DNA from: Minisyncoccota bacterium
GTDB lineage: Bacteria; Patescibacteriota; Minisyncoccia; Phycocordibacterales; JAACPR01
Direction of reading: 5' to 3'
Length of the DNA stretch: 64,000 bases
NCBI GenBank assembly: GCA_041674225.1
Contig: JBAYWG010000002.1
Coordinates: 34,841 to 98,840 of the forward strand
Shown here: positions 31,742-38,170 of the stretch, piece after piece
Layout: every line of letters begins with the position of its first letter
Numbering within the stretch: position 1 is the stretch's first letter
Notes under the pieces: model-generated
Database searches by the model: none
Seen by the model: the letters and a program-made list of their open reading frames with translations, nothing else
Told to the model about the DNA's origin: nothing
Position numbers and translations under genes: made by a program

Positions 31742-31773
31742 TACTCGGATACAGGGACGCATTTAGAACTTTT
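31742..31773. repeat. Divergent array site 6
   Basis: TACTCG-17 nt-AGAACT; reads LLGYRDAFRTFDW...stop at 31857. Confidence 0.5.
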
Positions 31774-31857
31774 GATTGGGTTAGTTTGTATCCAAATCCT
31801 GAATATCATTTAGAAAGAATAGGTAAGTTGTTGGTTTTAGCGAGATATTTTGTGTAA

Positions 31858-32355
31858 TTAATTTCTTTTTCTTAATAAACTTATGATTGCAGATAGACAA
31901 AGTATTCCTTCAGCTACAGCTCCTCCGATTGATCCTGAAAAAATATCATACAAAATCCAGCTTAGGTGTGATGGTATAAAAAGTACGCGCATTTTTTTGG
32001 TATTAAGTTGCCAACTTGCTACGATCGCAAATACTCCACCCACAAACGCTGCAATACCCCAAAGTGATTCAAGTGTGAAATATGTAGAAATACCAAGTAA
32101 TAAAATAAATAGCCACATTACAATCGGTTTACCAATCCAATTTGTATTGGTTTTAAATGAAAAGAGAGCCAATCGTAGTGCTGCAACGCTAGCAAGAGCT
32201 GCACCTGTGTATGCCTCAATAAGAATAAAGTGTGTAATCCAAAATACAAAACTTAAAAGTTGAACCAAGAGAATAGTTTTTCTTGAATTAAAATGATACG
32301 AAGAAAACCAGATACCCAAAGCAATTATAGCTAGTAATTGAATTAAAATTGCCAT
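31858..32355 (-). CDS. YgjV-family inner membrane protein
   Basis: Q......A......S......R..IL.......F...HF...AYTGA......R...W..Y....GS.GG...E. Confidence 0.8.
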   Translation of the reverse strand: MAILIQLLAIIALGIWFSSYHFNSRKTILLVQLLSFVFWITHFILIEAYTGAALASVAALRLALFSFKTNTNWIGKPIVMWLFILLLGISTYFTLESLWGIAAFVGGVFAIVASWQLNTKKMRVLFIPSHLSWILYDIFSGSIGGAVAEGILCLSAIISLLRKRN

Positions 32356-32440
32356 ACATTGAGTTTATCAGATAAAAGAAAAAACGGTGCAGACCTCAAA
32401 TGAGAATCTGCACCGCTAGGTGAATTGTTTTGTGATACTT

Positions 32441-33154
32441 TCAGAACTTCATCGAAATTCCGACACCACCAGCGATCTCGCTGTTGCCCTGGCCTGTGAG
32501 GGCTCGGGTGGAGAAGAACAACGTTGTGGTGTCATTCAATTCCAGGTTCAGCGTAAGATTGCTGCCGAAGTAAAGTCCAGGAGTGACTCCGAACCCGTCG
32601 TCATAAGACATAAACGGATTGACGTCGACTGAGACTTTATCAGCTACGGGAAAACGAGCATTGATGCCCGTGGAAATGTTCCAACCATTTCCAAGGAAAT
32701 TGTTACTGGTGTGGTAGTAGCGAGGTTGGATATACCAGCTCGTCGCAACTTCATCCCAGACAACAAAATCTTTTCCGAAAGTGACGTGAGCTGTGACGAT
32801 GTCGTCCCAGACCGATGCAGTTGGATTCACATTCCAGATACCAACTCCAGTGTTGAAGTTGAAACCGAGGATTTTGTGAGCCCAACCGAGGTTGAGATCA
32901 ATTTCGTCGCCCGCCGATGTTCCGCCGAGATCTTCAGAAGACCATATGCTTGCGTTGAAGCCGTGTGGCAGATTGATGACCAGAAGCGATTGAAGGCTGG
33001 GCTGGTCACTGACAACGACGGGGACTTGAAACAGCAGGTATTTGTCCCACACGGATGTGGAAACAAGACCTGAAAATTCGTAGCCCATTTCTTCAGCTTT
33101 GGAGGTGTTGCAGAAACCGATTGTAAGTATCACGATGGTAAAGAACTTTTTCAT
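32441..33154 (-). CDS. Putative outer-membrane beta-barrel (TIGR02001/TorF-like)
   Basis: Signal peptide, S....KY....V...P.LQ, W.S....EID...GW, alternating beta pattern, C-terminal G.S.KF. Confidence 0.65.
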   Translation of the reverse strand: MKKFFTIVILTIGFCNTSKAEEMGYEFSGLVSTSVWDKYLLFQVPVVVSDQPSLQSLLVINLPHGFNASIWSSEDLGGTSAGDEIDLNLGWAHKILGFNFNTGVGIWNVNPTASVWDDIVTAHVTFGKDFVVWDEVATSWYIQPRYYHTSNNFLGNGWNISTGINARFPVADKVSVDVNPFMSYDDGFGVTPGLYFGSNLTLNLELNDTTTLFFSTRALTGQGNSEIAGGVGISMKF

Positions 33155-33279
33155 TTGTACAATAGAGTAGGTTTGATTTTGGTGTAGATTCACAAGTTAC
33201 TGATCACTCTTTGAAAGAGTCAGTTATGAAGCTACTTCCAGAATCAAAATAACTATATATTCCAACGAAATTTACTAAT

Positions 33280-33308
33280 ATTATAGCAATAAATATGCAT
33301 TATGTCAA
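33280..33308 (-). promoter_or_regulatory. Consensus sigma70 promoter of the beta-barrel gene
   Basis: TTGACA-17 bp-TATAAT with extended TG. Confidence 0.8.
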
Positions 33309-33434
33309 GTCTATGTAGTGTAGGTCAAAGACGGGTTTTAAAATGCTATTGTAAAAAGTTCGAACCCTATTTACAGGTACGAGATTTCAGACTGTTGACT
33401 CTATGTTTATCAACGTGTTTTAGACGTTTTATTT

Positions 33435-33466
33435 TGCTCCGCGGACTTGCACTGGTCCGAACCAGC
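33435..33466. repeat. Array site 7 (4 mismatches)
   Basis: TGCTCCGCGGACTTGCACTGGTCCGAACCAGC. Confidence 0.9.
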
Positions 33467-33491
33467 ACTTTGAAATTTATTTAATCTAAAA

Positions 33492-33977
33492 TTACTCAAC
33501 AATCTTAATTCTGTCAGAAGAAGGCATATCTTTTGATGTAACCTCAATAACATCTGAAGGTTCAACTTCTTCATAGGACCTCCATTCCATTGAATCAGTA
33601 GTTGCCACTTGGTCTCTTTTATATGGTTCGAAGTTGTTTTTATCAAAAACATACACAAAGCCTTTTTTATCTTTTACCTCTTTTAATACGTCCTCTGAAG
33701 AAACTCTAAATTCCGCATTACCGTCTCTTATGCCAAAACCACTTGTGTGATTTATAGAAACATTTTCTCTATTTATAAGCGCTCTAAAAGTTGCAAGTTC
33801 TGCATATGGAGTTGCTGAAACTGCTGGATTACCATCTAAGGTTGTTTCATCTGGTTTTGACCAATCAGGAACATGTCTTCCTTGTCGTGGTTCTAAGGAT
33901 TTGATGCTTCCATTAGGCGAACCATGAAATACATGTTTTCCTTCTTGCTCAAGTTTTTTAAGTTTTTCTATGGACAT
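33492..33977 (-). CDS. Cassette protein, possible ADP-ribosyltransferase-like fold
   Basis: FHGS.....LEPR, AVSATP, GFVYV, MEW.S...V.P resemble H-G-S/T ART-fold families; not certain. Confidence 0.5.
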   Translation of the reverse strand: MSIEKLKKLEQEGKHVFHGSPNGSIKSLEPRQGRHVPDWSKPDETTLDGNPAVSATPYAELATFRALINRENVSINHTSGFGIRDGNAEFRVSSEDVLKEVKDKKGFVYVFDKNNFEPYKRDQVATTDSMEWRSYEEVEPSDVIEVTSKDMPSSDRIKIVE

Positions 33978-34067
33978 AATTTAATTTTTTATACAAAAAG
34001 TATACCAAAGTTCGAACCTTCGGTCAGGGGTTAAAAATATATGTTTTAAAATAAAGACGAAATAAAG

Positions 34068-34099
34068 TGCTCCGCGGACTTGGGCTAGTCCGAACCAGT
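34068..34099. repeat. Array site 8 (consensus)
   Basis: TGCTCCGCGGACTTGGGCTAGTCCGAACCAGT. Confidence 0.95.
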
Positions 34100-34170
34100 A
34101 TTGTGGTGTGAAATAAAAATTGCGCCCTGTAGCTTGCTTTAGCTAAAGGGCGCAGTTGAAAACATTTTTC

Positions 34171-34473
34171 TTAGTGCGGTAGCCGCTTATAACCAGTTTT
34201 CTTGTTTAGGATGCGATGGTAATTGGTCGATGTTGGATGAGGAATGACTCTCACCTCCACTAGTTCGAATTCAGGAACGCTGAGGAGGATGTTGTGCTCA
34301 ACTTCGGTCACCATCAATCTGACGGTCGTATTAAAACCACTACCACGGCTGTTAATCGAAGAAAACATGACCTTTATTGTTTCTCCAACTCGTGGCACTG
34401 CGTTTCTTTTTACATCAACGATATTGTAATACCACAAACCGTTTGCAAAAAGGTTTAATTGAACTCGGTACAT
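34171..34473 (-). CDS. Cassette ORFan, 100 aa
   Basis: VPRVGETI...V..VEH pattern; terminator TGCGCCCT...AGGGCGCA at ~34121-34154. Confidence 0.6.
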   Translation of the reverse strand: MYRVQLNLFANGLWYYNIVDVKRNAVPRVGETIKVMFSSINSRGSGFNTTVRLMVTEVEHNILLSVPEFELVEVRVIPHPTSTNYHRILNKKTGYKRLPH

Positions 34474-34586
34474 CTTTGATAATTTGGTGTATGGTTTGGC
34501 ACACCTGGGTTCCTCCTAGAACCACTAGCCGTTTTAAAATAACTTCTTCGTTAAATTACAATGAAAAATATATAAAGTCAAATATT

Positions 34587-34618
34587 TGCTCCTCGGACTT
34601 GGGTTGGTCCGAACCAGT
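34587..34618. repeat. Array site 9 (3 mismatches)
   Basis: TGCTCCTCGGACTTGGGTTGGTCCGAACCAGT. Confidence 0.93.
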
Positions 34619-34681
34619 GTTGCGGGGTAGGTAAATAAAAAGGGCCTGAAAGACATTCAGTCAAACAGGCCTTTGGGTTTG

Positions 34682-35017
34682 TTAATCAATGATTTCGAAT
34701 ACGAAATTCTGAGCTTCATCGGCGTCGCCGTCTGGTCCCATGACGCATTGACACGCGCCGTCTTTTAAAGGACCTTGAATCACGAAACCGTTTTGAAGTT
34801 GAATTTCAATACCCCAAGCTAAATTTAAACTGTTATCTTCGTCTGAATTTTTATCGTGCCGATAAAAATTGAGACCAGATACGGTCGAAACTATTGTTCC
34901 AATGCTGTGTTCCTCATGACGAGTTACAGAACATTTTTTCCCAATGATTTCTGATGCTGACGGAAGACCAGCTTCGGTTAGTTCAGAATTAAGAACTTGC
35001 AAGTTTTGGTTTTTCAT
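34682..35017 (-). CDS. Cassette ORFan, 111 aa
   Basis: Between sites 9 and 10; hairpin GGCCTG...CAGGCC at ~34643-34671. Confidence 0.6.
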   Translation of the reverse strand: MKNQNLQVLNSELTEAGLPSASEIIGKKCSVTRHEEHSIGTIVSTVSGLNFYRHDKNSDEDNSLNLAWGIEIQLQNGFVIQGPLKDGACQCVMGPDGDADEAQNFVFEIID

Positions 35018-35073
35018 AGAATAAAATACATTTTTTTTAAATTAACATAATATAACATCTATGTCAAATAATT

Positions 35074-35105
35074 TGCTCCGCGGACTTGTGCTAGCTCGAA
35101 CCAGT
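35074..35105. repeat. Array site 10 (3 mismatches)
   Basis: TGCTCCGCGGACTTGTGCTAGCTCGAACCAGT; abuts the GNAT stop codon. Confidence 0.93.
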
Positions 35106-35558
35106 TTATTTAGATAAATCTTTAATTATGTGAGTTGCTTTATGTTCCTCAGTTTTTTCAAATCCAAGAGATTCATAGAGTGAAATTGCGACTGGATTTT
35201 TTGTAGAAAGACGCAGGGATGTGAAGTGTTGTTTTGCTCTGTTTATAATGAGCTTCATTAAAATTTTTGATAATCCTAATCCTCTATATTTTTTCATAAT
35301 ATAAACATGACGCACCCTACCAACTTCTGGATTTTCAGTATAAGGGTCTTGATTTAAACCACCTAATCCAATGATTTCATCATCTATTGTAAGTCCCCAA
35401 AGTTTTTCACTTGGTTTTGAGAAAGTGTTTACACCACTTCGCCATTCATCGATAGTTTTTTGAATAAAAAGGTCTCCATCAAGTGTAGATTCGTTAGCCA
35501 TATCTTGAAGTATTGATATATTCGAATCATTAATTTCTATAATTTTATAGTCAGGCAT
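35106..35558 (-). CDS. GNAT family N-acetyltransferase
   Basis: IG.GGLN.DPY, GRVRHVYI...YRGLG, A..LYESLGF. Confidence 0.9.
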   Translation of the reverse strand: MPDYKIIEINDSNISILQDMANESTLDGDLFIQKTIDEWRSGVNTFSKPSEKLWGLTIDDEIIGLGGLNQDPYTENPEVGRVRHVYIMKKYRGLGLSKILMKLIINRAKQHFTSLRLSTKNPVAISLYESLGFEKTEEHKATHIIKDLSK

Positions 35559-35581
35559 TATTAAATTATATCAAATGTATT

Positions 35582-35613
35582 TGCACCGCGGACTTGGGCT
35601 AGCTCGAACCAGT
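35582..35613. repeat. Array site 11 (3 mismatches)
   Basis: TGCACCGCGGACTTGGGCTAGCTCGAACCAGT. Confidence 0.92.
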
Positions 35614-35667
35614 TTGTAAATAAAAACACGAAAGCCCCAACCGAAGTCGAAGCTTCGTGGGGCTGTT

Positions 35668-35865
35668 TCAGATGAAAAGCATGACAATGAACGGAGCAAT
35701 TAAGGCGCCCGTTACCAAAGAGAGTGTCCAAGTTGTTTCCTGTGTCCATTTGCGGTTTTTGTCGATGGACTTGATGGTGAGACCAACAACCAAAGCAATG
35801 ACGATAATGAGAACTAGGCACAAAACTTGAAAACCAAATGACGATGGTGTTCCTGATGGTAGCAT
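35668..35865 (-). CDS. Small two-TM cassette protein
   Basis: 65 aa; perfect SD AAGGAGGT 5 nt upstream; terminator at ~35633-35665. Confidence 0.65.
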   Translation of the reverse strand: MLPSGTPSSFGFQVLCLVLIIVIALVVGLTIKSIDKNRKWTQETTWTLSLVTGALIAPFIVMLFI

Positions 35866-35945
35866 CTTATACCTCCTTTCTATTTTAATGTTTAAACTAA
35901 AGAACGAATCTTACTTATATAATAAATATTACATAACGTCAATTT

Positions 35946-35977
35946 TGCTCCGCGGACTTGTGCTAGTCCGAACCAGT
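35946..35977. repeat. Array site 12 (1 mismatch)
   Basis: TGCTCCGCGGACTTGTGCTAGTCCGAACCAGT. Confidence 0.95.
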
Positions 35978-36011
35978 GTGGTGGGGTAGGAAAAGACAAT
36001 TGGGATGGTAA

Positions 36012-36722
36012 CTACTTTATAAACTCTTGTATCATTTTCTTCGTGTATGAGTCCACTTTGTCCTTATTTTCTAAAAGGTGTTGTTTACAATATCCAGCAT
36101 CTTTGTTCTTATAAAAAATATCGATTAACTGGGATTCTTCTTCGTTAGCTTTTTGTTTTATGTTTGTGTAAGAAAAAGGGAAGTGTTCATTTCTCTTGAG
36201 TTGAGAATAGTAAATTATTCTCATGATTCCTTTGAGATGATATTGCACAAAACCATCTCCTACATTTGTTGAATCATCCCATTGGTCTCTGATTATTTTC
36301 TTTATTTCCAGACTAATTAATTCATCTGGTATAGCAGGGTTGTTAGTAAAGTCTTCAGTTGAATATATTTTTCCGAATACTTGCTTCCAGTCTTTCATAT
36401 CTGAAAGTAATATTCTTGGATGTATCACTGTGGTAATTGAGCTATCTTTTCCGACACCTTCTTTTAGCTCGTCTTCTCTGATTACATTAAATCCAAAATA
36501 TTTGAAATCATCAAAACATTCATTAATCTTTTCTTTAATAGAAGATTGGTCAATCGAATTCTCTGACTTAACTATTGCGATAATATCTATGTCACTTGTT
36601 TCAATATCAAACTCTCCAGTAGTTATTGAGCCCCATAGATATGCTGAAAGTAATCCATCTTTCTCATATTCTTGAAAGAATTTATTTAAATGCTCCTCTA
36701 GATTGTTTTTATCGAATTTCAT
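36012..36722 (-). CDS. Nucleotidyltransferase (Pol-beta superfamily)
   Basis: YLWGS...G......SDIDI catalytic signature. Confidence 0.8.
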   Translation of the reverse strand: MKFDKNNLEEHLNKFFQEYEKDGLLSAYLWGSITTGEFDIETSDIDIIAIVKSENSIDQSSIKEKINECFDDFKYFGFNVIREDELKEGVGKDSSITTVIHPRILLSDMKDWKQVFGKIYSTEDFTNNPAIPDELISLEIKKIIRDQWDDSTNVGDGFVQYHLKGIMRIIYYSQLKRNEHFPFSYTNIKQKANEEESQLIDIFYKNKDAGYCKQHLLENKDKVDSYTKKMIQEFIK

Positions 36723-36776
36723 TTTGACATTATAGCAAAGTCTTAAAACTCTACTAATAAAATCGGATTTTTCAAT

Positions 36777-36808
36777 TGCTCCGCGGACTTGGGCTAGCTC
36801 GAACCAGT
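36777..36808. repeat. Array site 13 (2 mismatches)
   Basis: TGCTCCGCGGACTTGGGCTAGCTCGAACCAGT. Confidence 0.95.
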
Positions 36809-36819
36809 TTGGAATGTCA

Positions 36820-37329
36820 TTAGTCCTGTATCTCCATTAAAACAGAGTCCATTACTTCTCTGGGTTCCATATTTGTAGTATCAATTACCTTGAAACCTAA
36901 GTGGCTACGATTTTTAAAAATAGAAATATTATTTCTAGCTCGTTCTTCTGTTAGGTCACCGTTATTTTCTTGAGTTCTTTTTACTACTCTTTGAAGAGCA
37001 ATATCTGGATTAGCATGTAATTGAAATTTATAACAATGAATTTTTCTATCTTGAGCAAGAGTCGTGTAGAAATCAATCTCTTCCTCCGTTTTAAATGGAT
37101 TCTCAACTATTACAGATAATCCAAGGTCTAAGTATTTTGCTGCCATTACCATGGTTACTTCTCGGGCTATTTGATTATCTTGAATTCCTCTTTCAAAGTC
37201 AGATATAAACCTTTTAATTTTATCAAAACCAACGATTGCTGTTCTAGGAAGTTCTTTTGATAAGGATTTTGATAGTGTGGTCTTTCCAGCTCCAGACATT
37301 CCGTCTAATAGTATTAATTTTTGTTTCAT
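36820..37329 (-). CDS. P-loop kinase (AAA_33-like)
   Basis: LILLDGMSGAGKTT, D.I.R, G.SVIVE, R...R lid, IDTT. Confidence 0.85.
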   Translation of the reverse strand: MKQKLILLDGMSGAGKTTLSKSLSKELPRTAIVGFDKIKRFISDFERGIQDNQIAREVTMVMAAKYLDLGLSVIVENPFKTEEEIDFYTTLAQDRKIHCYKFQLHANPDIALQRVVKRTQENNGDLTEERARNNISIFKNRSHLGFKVIDTTNMEPREVMDSVLMEIQD

Positions 37330-37406
37330 ATAAAAAGTATACCAAGGTTCGAACCTTCAGTCAGGGGTTAATAATATATGCTTTAAAATAAAGGTGTACT
37401 AAAGTG

Positions 37407-37478
37407 CTCCCCCGGCAGGATTCGAACCTGCGACCCATCGCTTAACAGGCGATTGCTCTACCGCTGAGCTACAAGGGA
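37407..37478 (-). tRNA. tRNA-Asn(GTT), CCA not encoded
   Basis: TCCCTTG TA GCTC AGCGGTA GAGC A ATCGC CTGTTAA GCGAT GGGTC GCAGG TTCGAAT CCTGC CGGGGGA G forms a full cloverleaf. Confidence 0.97.
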
Positions 37479-37548
37479 ATGTAACAACTTTGCTATGTTA
37501 TCAATCCAAAAGGCTTATGTCCAGCTTAATTTTTGCTATATTTGAGAC

Positions 37549-37773
37549 ATGTATATTCATTTAAAAGTTCACACCAAAGCTAAAGATGAAATTTTCAAAA
37601 AATTAAAAGAAGATCATTTTGAGGTGTGGGTTAAAGAGCCGGCTGAGCGAAATTTGGCTAATAAAAGACTTATCGAGATAGTTCGGGAAAATTTTCCAGA
37701 AGCAAAAAAGATAAAATTGGTTTCCGGACACCACTCTCCATCAAAGCTTTTTTCAATAGATTTTGAAGACTAA
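37549..37773 (+). CDS. DUF167 (YggU-like) protein
   Basis: KV...AK.......V.EPA....AN..LI......I....G..S..K. Confidence 0.85.
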   Translation: MYIHLKVHTKAKDEIFKKLKEDHFEVWVKEPAERNLANKRLIEIVRENFPEAKKIKLVSGHHSPSKLFSIDFED

Positions 37774-37797
37774 GCTTTTGTGATAAAATAGAAGAGT

Positions 37798-38169
37798 ATG
37801 GCAATAAATTTTCATATAAAAACTACAAATATTGACCTTACACCAGAAGTGAGCTCACAAGTTCACGAAAAACTGAGTGTGGTTGAGAAATATTTACCAG
37901 TTCAAGAAGATAGAGAAATTTTGGCAGAAGTTGAATTAGGTTTAGTTTCAAAGCATCATAAAAAAGGTGATGTGTATCGAGGAGAAATAAATGTTAGTTC
38001 AGATGGAAATTTTTACCGAGCTGTTACAAAAAAGTCATCTGTAGTTGAAGTAATGGATGATTTGAAAGATCAAATTGGAAAAGTGATCAAAAGAAAAACA
38101 AACAAAAAAGATTCTTTGTTTAAAAAAGGAGGAAGATTATTTAAAAAAATGTTGAAAGGACAAAAATAA
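37798..38169 (+). CDS. raiA: Ribosome hibernation/subunit interface protein (HPF/RaiA)
   Basis: I...NIDLT......EKL..VEKY, AEVEL, E.N. Confidence 0.8.
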   Translation: MAINFHIKTTNIDLTPEVSSQVHEKLSVVEKYLPVQEDREILAEVELGLVSKHHKKGDVYRGEINVSSDGNFYRAVTKKSSVVEVMDDLKDQIGKVIKRKTNKKDSLFKKGGRLFKKMLKGQK

Positions 38170-38170
38170 A

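Larger units (their letters stand above)
29462..37410. mobile_element. tRNA-Asn-anchored array of att-like sites separating mostly single-gene cassettes (integron-like; no recombinase in window)
   Basis: 13 sites with a TGCTCC-like core, 17-nt spacer and (C/A)GAAC, ending at the tRNA 3' end; one gene (two in one case) between consecutive sites. Confidence 0.75.

Noticed and set aside
33302-33484. 60-aa plus-strand ORF running through site 7 as a recombinase remnant
   Set aside because: In frame with the repeat tail but has no recognisable recombinase motif and overlaps a promoter; unsupported without a search.
29462-36808. CRISPR array (32-bp partly palindromic repeat)
   Set aside because: Intervals are 0.3-1.7 kb, irregular and contain whole genes; no cas operon or leader is present.
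29462-36808. Classical integron attC sites
   Set aside because: No RYYYAAC...GTTRRRY ends, shorter than attC sites, no intI in the window, and the cassettes carry their own promoters.
29462-36808. The repeats are just terminators or tRNA pseudogenes
   Set aside because: No U-tract, separate terminators lie beside them, and similarity to the tRNA is limited to two short motifs at a different spacing.
23374-37400. Prophage
   Set aside because: No terminase, capsid, tail, integrase or replication genes; genes are individually punctuated rather than operonic.
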